A DNA stretch of 64,000 nucleotides. Origin: Daphnia carinata. Taxonomy: Eukaryota. The stretch lies in the NCBI RefSeq assembly GCF_022539665.2, contig NC_081332.1, forward strand, positions 434,001 through 498,000. Direction: 5' to 3'. The notes below the pieces were generated by a model. That model saw nothing but the letters and a program-made list of their open reading frames with translations. It had not been told where the DNA came from and searched no databases. Numbering within the stretch: position 1 is the stretch's first letter; each line of letters starts with the position of its first letter. This document shows, piece by piece, positions 34,688 to 46,421 of the stretch. The position numbers were made by a program, and so were the translations under genes.

Positions 34688-35677
34688 TTAAAAGTTGCAT
34701 CTGCCCTTAGAGCTGGCCCTTGACGGGAGGATGTGTTCTATTGGGGTTGAATTTCCTCCAGGCATTCCTTCAATTCGGGATTTTTGATTGACTTCTAGGT
34801 CAGAAAATTTCACCTCTAGAGATTGCATTCTATTTGCAGACACTTCCAGTTTGTCCATTAGTTCAGACAGCTTTGTTGTACTAGATATCTGACTTTGAAT
34901 CTCCTTTTTTACAGAAGCTATGTCCTCTCTTACATTATGAATTTCACATGCCAGATCTTTTATATGATCCCTTGTTTCCTTGTATTTCTTGATCATTAAG
35001 CATCTCAAATCCTGGTGCCTGTCATTAGCTTCTTTGTTGGTTGATTTTATGAGTTGAATTATCTTAAATAAATCAGGATTCTCAGCATCTGTTCTGTCTC
35101 TTTTAGCAGATCTCATAATAGGAGTTATAATCTCAGTCGTCACAGGTAGGGGAGGATACTGTGGTGGGGTGGATGGGCTAGCATCCATTAATAGACTTTC
35201 CTGTTCTTCTTCTAGTAGTGAATCTTCCAATTTGGTTGTCTTCTTTTTTTGAAAAAGACCCGAGACGGTGTTCAAAAAAGTGTTTGTTGGGGAAGTGTTT
35301 GTGGAAACGGTTTTCTTGGGTGAGAGATGGGATACTAGTTGGGCTAGTACGGAAGGAGGGTTCCTTACAGTCAAGGTGTTAGCGTTACTTTTAGCTCGAG
35401 GTTTACGAACGTTTGAAAGGTCTACTCCTGTCACCAACTCATAGGCAGAGTTCGATCTTAACTTTCTTAACTGGGGTTTATGTGAAATTGTACTAGGCTT
35501 CAAAACAGGAGAAGCAGATTTCCTAATAGCTTCTGTTGCCCTTCTCGAAGTTTTATTTCCCGTAAACGTATCAGATTCAGCAAGATTTGAAGTGGAAGTT
35601 TTATCGAAATTAATAGATCTGGCTACAGCTTCGTCAATTTGTATAACTGGCTCAATAGGACTTTTAGTAGCGGACAC
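34688..35677 (-). CDS. Headless 329-aa ORF (Ser/Thr/basic low-complexity + coiled coil) behind the LTR-2 leader
   Basis: long open frame without ATG at its start; heptad-like IKDLACEIHNVREDIASVKKEI. Confidence 0.45.
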   Translation of the reverse strand: MSATKSPIEPVIQIDEAVARSINFDKTSTSNLAESDTFTGNKTSRRATEAIRKSASPVLKPSTISHKPQLRKLRSNSAYELVTGVDLSNVRKPRAKSNANTLTVRNPPSVLAQLVSHLSPKKTVSTNTSPTNTFLNTVSGLFQKKKTTKLEDSLLEEEQESLLMDASPSTPPQYPPLPVTTEIITPIMRSAKRDRTDAENPDLFKIIQLIKSTNKEANDRHQDLRCLMIKKYKETRDHIKDLACEIHNVREDIASVKKEIQSQISSTTKLSELMDKLEVSANRMQSLEVKFSDLEVNQKSRIEGMPGGNSTPIEHILPSRASSKGRCNF

Positions 35678-35800
35678 AGGTGTAAAGCATCTTCCCGTGT
35701 GGGAAGATTGACTTTACGAATTTAAGACAATAAAGAATAAAAGAATAAAAGAATAAGAGAATAAAAGAACTAAAAGAACTCAGAGGCGTTGTACCCACAA

Positions 35801-36501
35801 TGACGACTATATTTGTCTTAGTTTAAGTATGTAAAATACAAGATGTTTTGGATAAGGACATAAGAAAAAGCTATTGAATAAAAAAAGGGGGGGGGGACAG
35901 AAAGGGAAACGGGATAATTGTAGTGTGAGCTTACCGCGGTAGCGCGAGCCGAATAAGAGAGTAGATGTAAGATGAAGACGAAGTGTAACACAACTCGTCG
36001 GCACGTCGTTAAAAACAAGTTACAAGAATTGAACACTCACTTCAACACGAGACAAAGATCAATTCTCAAACATAATATTAAAACAAGAGAAGGCACTTAG
36101 CTGAATCAGAACCTGACCGTTAGCCTCAGATACACGTCAGTAACTGACTTTCTTCAGGTCTTGAGTTCATCAAGAAACCTCGCATATTAGGCAATGATTA
36201 ATTGCTGCGCAATTACTTGTCACCAATACATGAAATTTGATATGGCGCGATGATGGTACAATGATGAGAAATGCTTGATTCCGCCAATCAAAGATGTTGT
36301 TACAAGTGGCTTGATGTCGATGAAATATGATCAGACAGTGAGCAGGTGTTCATATAGGTCACCCTGCTGCGTGTATGTTATGGTGCAATATTGAAATGGC
36401 GCAGTTATATAATTGCGCAATTCATAGTGTTTATATGTGTTTAAAAAGCATATATTGACAAGAAATATAAAATGGATAATATATGTATTGACTTCGTTAC
36501 A
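35801..36501 (-). mobile_element. LTR-2 (family A)
   Basis: TG...CA, 701 bp, alignable end to end with 45689-46388. Confidence 0.85.
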
Positions 36502-36534
36502 TCACTCCCGGCGGCGTGAGATTACGTCCCGTAA

Positions 36535-38224
36535 TCAGACTGGATGCATGGGAAAGGATTCAGAAGTCGTAGAACGTTTCGGGGAGCGACAGCATATGAT
36601 CCAGATGACTTTGAAGAGACCGCAACTGTAGCAGATGCGTAAGAAGATGAGCACCAGGATACATAAGATGCCGATGAAGAAGTAATTCTTGATTGTTTCC
36701 GACCAAGATGTGTAAGTTCCAACACCAGCAGCCGTCACAAAAATGTTTGTAGCATTAGGTCTACTGCGTAACGTGAATTCTGATGGTGGATGTTCGTTTA
36801 TCGCGGCAGCTATATCGGCCATGATGTCCATGTGATTAAGCATGTTGTCGGTATATGCCGGATTACTTTAGTGTTCGTAGTCGAGAAATTCGACGTTTTC
36901 GTAGCGAAACGAGTGTGCGAGCGTCTGCTCAGGCAACACAATTGTGGCTTCAATTTGTTCCCAGGTGTTGTTGCGGAAAGCATAAGGTTTGTCATTAAAG
37001 TTGACAAATCCATTTGTCCAATAGCACGGGGAATATTTTACAAGTTCCCAGCCATCGAGGTTAATTGTAAAATTTTGGAATTTCGGTTGTGGTCCGCAAG
37101 AAGTCAACGTAGTCTCAAATGTGACATTTAAGGCTTTACATTGAATTAATACGACCGTTTTTCCGAACGCTTGTAATTTTGTGCACTGGGGTAAATTTAA
37201 CTGTGAGGCTGCTAACCATCCATTATATTGAGCAGTTGTAAATGCTCTTTTATGTTTGGCTTTGCGCGCATCACATTGTAGTAATTGAATTTGTCTTGCC
37301 AATTCATTTTCATGATCAGCGAGTTGATCACGAATATATTGAATATTGGCTGGAGTGTTCAAATTTTCAGCGCTAGGTGGCGCTTGAGTGTCCAATGTTG
37401 TTGTTGAATTTTCCATAATGGCCGCCATTGTGACGAACAGTTTTGATTGGCCAACGATTCCGTATGAAGAAGCCTTATTGGAGCAATTTTGTTGTATGGA
37501 AACAGCGCGAAACCGGTGTCAAATGGAAGTCTAGTTGATTTTTGTCGTCTTGGAGTCTGAAGATTTTTTCCTCTCCTGGTAATTGTTTAAGCATGCCGAT
37601 TCCATCTTCGACAAGTCGGGTATACAATTTAGTTTTCTGAGTATAGGTTGTATCCCAAATCAATGTTAAATGATTATACGACAAGTTGCCTGACACAGCA
37701 GAAGCAGTTCCGATAGGTGTTGAAAAGTCTGCGTCTTCTTTTGATTGGAAAAGTTCAATTTTTTCAAGTACACAATTGATAATTTCCGAATCGATGGTCC
37801 GCAACCAGAAACCTGTAATATCTGGTTCATTGTCGAACACAAATTTTCCGTCTGAAAAAGTCATTCGATTTTCGTTGCACCTTTTATTATGAATCATTTC
37901 GTTGCACTCGGCGGTTGATGTGTCGATGGAAATTTTGTCTGGCACTACCACTAGTTGTCCGAAAAAATTCATGGTGATATGCCGTATATTTTTCCAACGC
38001 GCACAAATATATCCCGGGAATTTGCTTGCAGCACGTTCTTCACTATAAACTGCATATTTTACGCGGATGGCCTTATTATCGGTAGATATCGGTTGGCAAT
38101 TCGCGTCAGAAAATTGAAGAATTCCCATCTTCAACGGCTCTGCGCAATCGCATACGGTCGTTTCAAATGCTTGCGGGTGTAACCCGTAAAGGCATAGTAG
38201 CAGCATAAATGGAAGTGGGGACAT
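36535..38224 (-). pseudogene. env: env, class III (herpes gB / chuvirus G-like) fusion glycoprotein; one frameshift (~37480) and one stop (36868)
   Basis: splice acceptor then signal peptide MSPLPFMLLLCLYG; VCDC, GYICARW..NFFG..AEC; IQYIRDQL..NEL...QC...G....IQC; C-terminal TM YFFIGILCILVLIFL. Confidence 0.75.
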
Positions 38225-39366
38225 TTCTATATACGGAAGGTATATAGAAAAGCAATACATACAAAAAAAAAAAAAAAAGCAATGTTACTGACATCATGTG
38301 GGCTTCTTAAAACTAAGTAGAACAAAAATATAGAGGAAAGAAGAAAGAAAAGGAAAAGTGAAAAATATTCTACGGCTTTTTGGAAGGTCAACGCTTTTTT
38401 TTCTTTTCGTCGGCTTTGCTAGCTAGCTACGGCAAAAAAAAAAAGGAGAAATATTGTAGGGCATTGTAATATAATTGTGTTTTCGGGAGGAAGGATAATT
38501 TATTTTAAAAAAAATTTAGTATCATTGGAACGAGGAGAAGATAAGCTTAATTATTGAAAAGAAAAAACAAGAAAATATAGTATAGTTTAGTGGGGAAGAA
38601 AAGAAAAGAAACGTAGTTTGGCAATGGGGTTCTACAAAAGGGAACTACTTCAATTGTGACTACCAAATTGTTATAATGTGTCACGTATTAATGTGTTTTT
38701 ACGGAAGTGAAATAAAACTTAAGGTTTTATTCCCAAAAGCAATACTTCTTTAATGTTTTTACTCAAGTGGCTTTATGTTTCAGAATCTATAATGACTGTT
38801 GGATGTTAAGACGTAAAAGATAAGAAATGACTATAGGGCGTAAATGGGAAAAATGAAATCGTAAAAATGGAGAAAGAGCCAAACACATGTAATATGAGCA
38901 TAATAAGTTCATGTGCATAACACAACTAAGGTTTTTTTATATATAGAAATTGGTGTTCGTTAACAACTACGTTATTTAATATAAAATTTTTTTTTTTCAA
39001 GAGAATCCTTTTATTTGTTTGTTTGTTTGTTTTTTTCTTATTTTTATTATTATTGTTCTTGGATACATATTTTCCTTGTCTTTTTTAAATATATGGATAT
39101 ATATCGATAGGGAGTATCGTGATATATTGCGTAAGTGTATATCTTATCACTATCCCCTTTTTTTTCTTTTTTTTTTTCAATGGTAATACGAAATTATTGG
39201 GTATTGTACTTATTCCATCTGGTATAAAGGAATATAAAGATGAGGAAATAACGGCATACAGAGTAAATATTGTAACCATAACTGAAATTGAATAACATAA
39301 GTAACAAAAAACATAGGAAGAAGAGAGAAATTTTTTTTTTTCTTTGGATGTCGTCTTCCTGATGCG

Positions 39367-39852
39367 TTAGAGGTATTTGGGCCTCTTAGCATCCGGGGTG
39401 TCTTCGTGGTCTCCGCCACTGGAACGCTTCCTGGGTCGAGGCGAATCCCAGTGACAGGTAGTCCAGCCATAGAGCGGTGGGTGTCGCCGCTCGGGATCCA
39501 GATCGAGGATCCCCTTTAAGGTGTTAATGGCTGCGTGCCATTGCTTCGAGTAAAGGTGATTCAGGAGGCGACAGATGTTTTGGTTGGTCTTGATATCCAG
39601 TTGTTTATCCTCCAGGGCTGCTGCTCGGTGCCAGTCGTTTCGGGCTCCACCGTTGCAGAAATCTTCGGCATCTTGCATGTCAAATGCCTCCGGTACGTCT
39701 CCAGCAACGGTTGCCTCGTCGTCATCGGAGGGAGACGTAAGGTCTACGACCACGATCTCCGGGGCGGGCAGCGGAATGGATACCATGGGTATCCAGCTAC
39801 TGCTGACTTCAATCTCTTCGGCTTTTTGGATTTGTTTCTTGTCGGCTTCCAT
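39367..39852 (-). CDS. Intact 161-aa accessory ORF-X between pol and env
   Basis: ATG-to-stop, upstream TATA-like box 39983-39990, three homologues in window. Confidence 0.8.
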   Translation of the reverse strand: MEADKKQIQKAEEIEVSSSWIPMVSIPLPAPEIVVVDLTSPSDDDEATVAGDVPEAFDMQDAEDFCNGGARNDWHRAAALEDKQLDIKTNQNICRLLNHLYSKQWHAAINTLKGILDLDPERRHPPLYGWTTCHWDSPRPRKRSSGGDHEDTPDAKRPKYL

Positions 39853-40039
39853 TTTATTTATTTTTTTTTCCTTCTATGTGCTCGTTAGCCGTGCAACAAT
39901 TAAAACTTGTCTTGAACAGATAGTTCTTGATTGTTCACGTAGAGTACGAAGAAGTGGTGATTTTCTTCCACTCAACGCACTGTTTGTATAGTAGTCCACT
40001 TGTTATTGTCCGAATTAGAGAACTGCGCAATTGATGTCA

Positions 40040-43000
40040 TTACACTTCGTCTCTATAGCGAATTGGTTTTCTCCGATCTCGCTGTGGACGTTGGTTCACA
40101 CCGTCTTGATGCGATGATGCTGATTGCGCATTATTTTCGGGCTCAATTTGCTGAATTTCGAATTCCTTAGCGGCGTATATAGGATCATTTTCAGGTTGAG
40201 TTGATGGATGCTGTTGATTTTCGGTAACATCGCAATTGTTATTTGAAGACAATTGCTCTTCGATCGGCAGTTCGATCACAATATCTTCGATTATAAGTTG
40301 TTGACCCATTGAATTGGTGTCTGTTAACACTTCTGACACGGATTGTGATGCGATATTTTGTTTTCTTGCGGCTTCGTCATCGAGCTCGTGTTCAGATACA
40401 TTAGTTTGAGTCGCAATAGACTTTCGGAATCGGTTCTCGAATTCCAAGGGGGTCTCAAGTGGCGGACAATGCTTATGCTTCCATAGCATTGTTTCATACA
40501 AGGGTTTTAATCTATTTACATGAGTACGCTGACTTATATATCAATTATCAGCGATGTCTACAGTATTATTTGAATAAACTTTTACTATTCTATAAGGTCC
40601 TTTATATTTCAAAGTGAATTTCCTGTTATCTACTTCTTTTACTACTCGAACGTCCAATAACACCCGATCGCCTACCGCGTATCGGTTTTCTTTCGCGCGC
40701 TTGTTATATTGTTCCCTTTGGCGCTTCCTAGCTTTTTCGCTTTCTTCTCTAACCCTATGAAAACTATAACGCAATCGTTCTGGGGTGTCCAGTGTCGAAG
40801 AGTGGACCGAGCTACGATACGCAAATAAAACATCACCTAACATTTCTTCCCAATTGGCATGTTCGCCGTCTTTTAATTCTTTTCTTAACATAGACGTTAA
40901 AGTTCGATTGAACCTTTCCGTCTCTCCATTACTAGCTGGGTTATAAGCGGTGGTTAATCGCTGATCAATCTTTAACTTTTTACAAAAATAACGGAATAAT
41001 TTTGATGTGAAATTTGTTCCACGATCGGAAAGAATTGCTTTAGGCATTCCATGTCTAACTATAATGGTTTTATATACACACTCTGCTGTTGTTGAGCAGT
41101 TTGATCTTTTAAAGCAACAGCTTCAACCCAACGGCTAAAATAATCCGTAATAACAAAAATATAACTATTTCCATTGGGAGAAACTGGTGTAATTGGCCCC
41201 AAAAAGTCCATTCCAATTACTTGAAAAGGAGCTTTAGCAATTTCATGGGGATGTAAAAGTGCTCTATAAGACGAGGAAGTGTTTGGAATGCATACTTCAC
41301 AAGCCTGACAATATTCTTTAATATCGCCTCTCATATTTGGCCAGTAATAATTATTTTTAACCTTCATATAAGTTTTATAAAATGCCAAATGTCCACCCAG
41401 TGGAGCGTCATGTAATTCTTTAAGCACTAGATGGCGCAAAGATAATGGTAAAACTAATTGGTGGTTAGTGTCGTTCCTGTTACTACTCTGAGATGGCAGT
41501 TCCCGTCTATAAAGTGTTCCTTCGATTATCTCAAAATACTCAATTTCCTTTATCCACTCAGGTTTTGATAGTTTAAAAATCTCATCTATTTCTCCTTTCT
41601 CTAGATAATTCCTGATGGCGATACAAAGATCATCTTCCAATTGGTTTTCACAAATCAGTTTCATATCCTTCCCACTTTGAATACTGGCTACTTTTAACCT
41701 CGATAAACAGTCCGCATTTTGATGAATACGACCTGGTCTATATTTTAATTCATAAATGGTTGCGGCTAATAAAATAGCCCATCTTCCTAATCTTCCATTA
41801 TTGTCTTTCTGATTTTTAAGCCATTGTAAGGGGCGATGATCACTAATTATTTCGAAGGGTTTATCCAATAGATAATGACGGAAATGTTTAATCGCATCTA
41901 CGACTGCTAGCGCTTCTTTTTCTGTTGTACTATATTTCATTTCTGCTTTGGTTAACTGTCTACTGGAATAAGCTATCGGGTGCTCCTGACCGTTTTGAAT
42001 TTGAGAAAGAACGGCTCCGATACCGTAGTCGCACGCGTCAGTGAAAAGAAAGAACTTCTCATTAAAATTTGGATACACGAGAACTGGCGGTGTAATAAGA
42101 GAAGTACGCAATGTCTCAAAAGCTAACTGTTCTTCCGTTCCCCATGCAAAAGGTTGCTTACTTAAATCTTTATGTGTTAATCTGGTTAAGGACTTGGCAA
42201 TTGAACCAAAATTTGGAATAAATCTCCTATAATAACCTGCTAAACCGAGAAATGACCTCACTTCATCCACCGAAGTTGGCGTTTTATAATTTACTATTTT
42301 ATCAATTTTCCCTGGATCAGGTTTAATTCCCTCAGTTGAAATGACATGACCTAAATAATTTACCGAATTTTTAATGAACTGGCATTTCTTAAGTTTTAAT
42401 TTGAAATTTGCGTCCTTTAATAATGTAAAAATTTCCCGAATATCGTTTAAATGATCCTCAAACGTGTCCGAAAATATGATGACGTCATACAAATAAACTA
42501 ATGCTTTACTTCCCAAGAGTTGTGAGTTGTGAAAAATTTCTTTCCGTATAATTTATCTAATGTTTCGTCTATCCTCGGCATAGGAAATGAATTTTTTTTT
42601 GTAATACTATTTAATTTCTGATAATCAACGCAAAATCGTACTTCTCCGCCTTTTTTCTCTACTAAAACCACAGGTGAAGCCCATGGAGATTGTGAATATT
42701 GAATTCCATTAGATGCTAGCATTTCTTGTACTTTATCTTCCAATATTTTTCTTTGATTGTTCGTAACTCGATAAGGGCGTTGTCGAATAGGGCCGATGAG
42801 ATGAGATGAGTTTAGTGCTACCCAATTCCGAATCTTTTGCTGCGAACAAGTCGTGAAAGTCATTTAATAATTTGGAGAACGGGGCTTGAAATTCAGCGTC
42901 GACTTCTGAAATTAAAACTGGTTCGTGTGGTATAATAAGTTTTTCTTCTAGTTTACTTAAAGCAATTTTCCCAATTATATTTTGAACTATTTCTATTGAG

Positions 43001-43729
43001 CCTAAAATGGTATTCCTAGGAATAATGACTTGATTTAATGAATGATTTTCGACCATAATCTGATATTTCCCATCTCCCGATACATTTCCAACAAATTCCT
43101 CAATAATGATGCCGTTCGGCAAATCCTCTGCTGGGGTAAAAATAAATGCGGTATTAGGGGGAACATACGGAAATGACCCTGTGATTTTCGCTGCAATTAC
43201 GAGCGACGTCTGACGAGATAGCGTCGTCTTTTTGACCGTCGTAGCTGCCATGTCTGGTACCCTAGGGATGGCTGATCCCTGCTCATCCCTCGCTAAATAA
43301 ATACGTTTGGCTTCTCCATCAAGCCGAACTCCCTGTTTCTGGATTGCATCCCATCCAAGGATACAGTCTTCAGAAACACCATTTGTAACAATAAATTCCT
43401 GCTTTAAAACTGACTCTCCGTATCGTACGGGCAATGTAACTCTTCCCAGCGTATTTAACTTATTCTCCCCTACATCATATAAATCGAAATCAAGCTGACT
43501 GCAGATTGCTTGACCTCTCGGGGGTAACTTTTGAAATATTCTTTCGTGAATAATGCTTTTAGACGCGCCTGTATCAAATAATGCTTGTAAAGGGATTTGA
43601 AAAATCTTTAATGGAATTCTACGGGGTCGATTCATTTATTATGGATGTTAATTTCGCGACTTGTCGGGATTTTAACTGAGGCTACCTATCAACTGACCCG
43701 AAGTTACAGATGATACCTATTGGTTTCCC
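40040..43729 (-). pseudogene. pol: pol (PR-RT-RH-IN) of A2 with deletions and frameshifts; RT motif YLYD
   Basis: ORFs 42733-43635, 42498-42863, 41059-42516, 40541-41047, 40040-40501. Confidence 0.92.
43664..43729 (-). promoter_or_regulatory. -1 ribosomal frameshift signal (G GGA AAC + pseudoknot), A2
   Basis: slippery heptamer just before gag TAG; stem TATCA(T)CTG/CAGTTGATA; loop TCGGG vs downstream CCCGA. Confidence 0.7.
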
Positions 43730-44955
43730 TGGGGCTGAGAAGGGCCTGGAATATTAGGCCTACTGGAGCTATATTTGGGACAATTATTTGATTTATGTCC
43801 AATTTCACGGCAAGAATAACAAATTGGAGGCTGCGCTTGCTCTAAATTATGTCGTTGGAATTTACGGCATTCCGATTGCGTGTGACCGCGATAATTACAG
43901 AAGTTACATGTTATTACGTTCTGCGTAGGCCTATTATTCTGATCACACTTGCGAAGGGCGGTGTAGAGTTTGTAGGCCTATTTTGGTTCCTATCTCGTTG
44001 GTAAGGGTGGGTGTTGTTATGGGAGCGCGAATTATTGGGTCCCCAATTTTTCTCCCGACTGTTGATATCAGTGCTAAATGAAACCTTTTTTTTATATGGG
44101 GCACTCGCCGACAGCTTTTATAATAGTCCTCTGTTGTTGTTCGAGAAGTACGCAGTTTGGTGGCATTACACTTCATCTCTGTAACGAATTGGTTTCCTCC
44201 GATTTCTTTGCGTACGTGGATTTATATCTTGATGCTGGTGACACATCCTCTTTGCGCTCAGTTTGCTGAATTTCGGAATCGCAAGCGGCGCGTAGAGGGT
44301 CAGGTTCAAAAATTGGTGTTGAATGTTGCTGATTTTTCGTAACGCAATAAACGTCATTTGATGACAATTGCTCTTGGGTCGACAGACGAGATTTATGGAT
44401 CATAATATCTTCTAGTACGATCTTCTAGTATGATCATTAAAATTACTAAATTCTTTATATTTAACTTTCGATTGTAATTTGGAATTCAATCCCTCAAGTT
44501 TTTGCATCAGGCTTAAACCAAAGATGCTTCTGAATAGCCTACAGGATATACGCGTTTGAAAATTTCCTGCAAACGGTGAGCATATTCTATAATCTTTTCC
44601 CCTGGCTTACGCTTAACTTTATTAAACTTCTTTTGGTAAAAATCCGCATTCCGTCCCCATGGAAATGATCAAGAAGAGATTCTTTAATCAGGGCATAATT
44701 GTGAGGATGAACCTTCAAAGTTGCCTGAATGATCGAGAAAGCTTGGCCAAGATTGATCTACCAATTTGGCCTTCAAACATCTGAATAATTTTCTCACGAT
44801 ACTTTCAAAAGATTCTAGCCAGGAATCAAAACGTACAAGGGGATTTCCAGAAAGAGAAGGAAGCAGCTGTAAACGGGAGAAGGTATGTTGGTTTTTTTAG
44901 AAATCATTTAAATCATTGACGTGGCCGCTCCTAAAGGAGAAAAAGTTTCCGCCAT
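43717..44955 (-). pseudogene. gag: gag of A2 (degenerate, interrupted by 310-bp integrase-tail insert)
   Basis: homologous to 61905-63156; CNFCNYRGHTQSEC and CYSCREIGHKSNNC knuckles. Confidence 0.85.
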
Positions 44956-45688
44956 GTTTGAATTGAATATGGGAAAATTCAAAGTTCTTCCCTGTGGATT
45001 CTGAGGGTGTTCTGAATTGTCGTTCGTAATTGCCTGAGACTCTCTAGCGTTTCTTCCGGTTGGCTGGATTGCTGGGTTCGATGGCGTTGTTGAGTGTGTG
45101 AGTGGCTGGAACGTGGTTTCTTCCGCGTTTCCCTCTTCTCTTCGGGTTGTTTTCCGACAGCGGCGATGTTTCTTGAATTGGCGTGGTTTGATGCTATGTT
45201 TGTGTCGTTTGTATGAACGACAGCGATTGTCTCAACTTTATTTCCGTTTGTGCGAGTATTGGCTTGATGTCCCTCGCCTGCTGTGCGTAAAATGGGTTGT
45301 TGGCAACCAGAAAAGTGCTCAGTTTGTCCAAAAGGAATATAATTTCTGGCTGCAGCACCTCCAAATTGGTGATCAACTGTAGTTTCTTTAAGTACGACAC
45401 TAGGTTGGGCACCTCTTTCAGGAACGTCCGTTGTGACGCCAGCAAGATCTCTACCAAATGAACTGATGTGTCGCTCACCACTGTGATTATCTCCACGTAT
45501 ATCCCGTCCTCGTCGCTGTCGATGACGTCCCGTCTTGGAACGAAACCGAAACCGATTAGTTTCTGCTCTTTTGTTGGCGTGATCTTTTGCATATCGATTG
45601 TGTAAAGCATCTTCCCGTGAGGGAAGACTGACCTTAAGAATTTAAGGCAATAAGAATTAAATGAACTCAGAGGCGTTTGTACCCACAA

Positions 45689-46388
45689 TGATGATTATAT
45701 TTGTCTAAGTTAAGCATGGAAATGCAAGAGAGTTTGAATAAAAGTCATATGAAAGTTATACGAAATTAAAGGAAAACTGAAAGTGTAATAGGGCAATCTA
45801 ATAAGCTTGCCGCAGTAGCGCGAGCGGAACATGAGAGTAGACACAAGACGAAGACGAGGTGTAACACAAGACGAAGACGAGGTGTAACACAACTCGTCGG
45901 CACGTGGATAAACAAGGTACGGATAATTGAATACTCAATTAAAACACGAAGACAGAGATCACTTCTTGAACACAATAGTAGAAATTTAGAGAAGGCACTA
46001 GATGAATTAGAACCTGACTGCTACAATCAGATACACGTCGGTAATAGACTTTCTTCAGGCCTTCAGTTCATCAAGAAGCCTCGCATATTGGGAAATTGGT
46101 TCATTGCTGTTCAATTACTTGTCACCAATCGGAGATTTTTAATATGGCGTGCTTATGGTAGAATGAAGAGCCACCAATCAAAGATGTTGTTATAAGTGGC
46201 GTGATTCTGATGATACATGAAGCGTCAGCGAGCAGGTGTTCATTTAGATCAAACTGCTGCGTACGTTATGGTGTAATATTACAATGGCGCAGTAGTACAG
46301 TTGTGCAATTCATACGGTTTTATATATGTGGTCAACAATCATACATAGAATAGAAATATCGTATAAAACGTTCATTGGCTTCGTTACA
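45689..46388 (-). mobile_element. LTR-3 (5' LTR of A2 and 3' LTR of A3)
   Basis: TG...CA, 700 bp; internal 23-bp direct duplication near 45843-45890. Confidence 0.85.
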
Positions 46389-46421
46389 TCAATCCCGGCG
46401 GCGTGAGATTACGTCCCGTAA

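Larger units (their letters stand above)
35801..46388 (-). mobile_element. Ty3/gypsy family A element (copy A2): LTR-ORF0-gag-pol-ORF-X-env-LTR, degenerate
   Basis: two CCHC knuckles, LFDTGA protease, RT RFCVDYQKLN, RNase H TDACDYGIGAVL, integrase GMDFLGP..ERFNRTL, KYKGPY; LTRs both sides. Confidence 0.93.
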
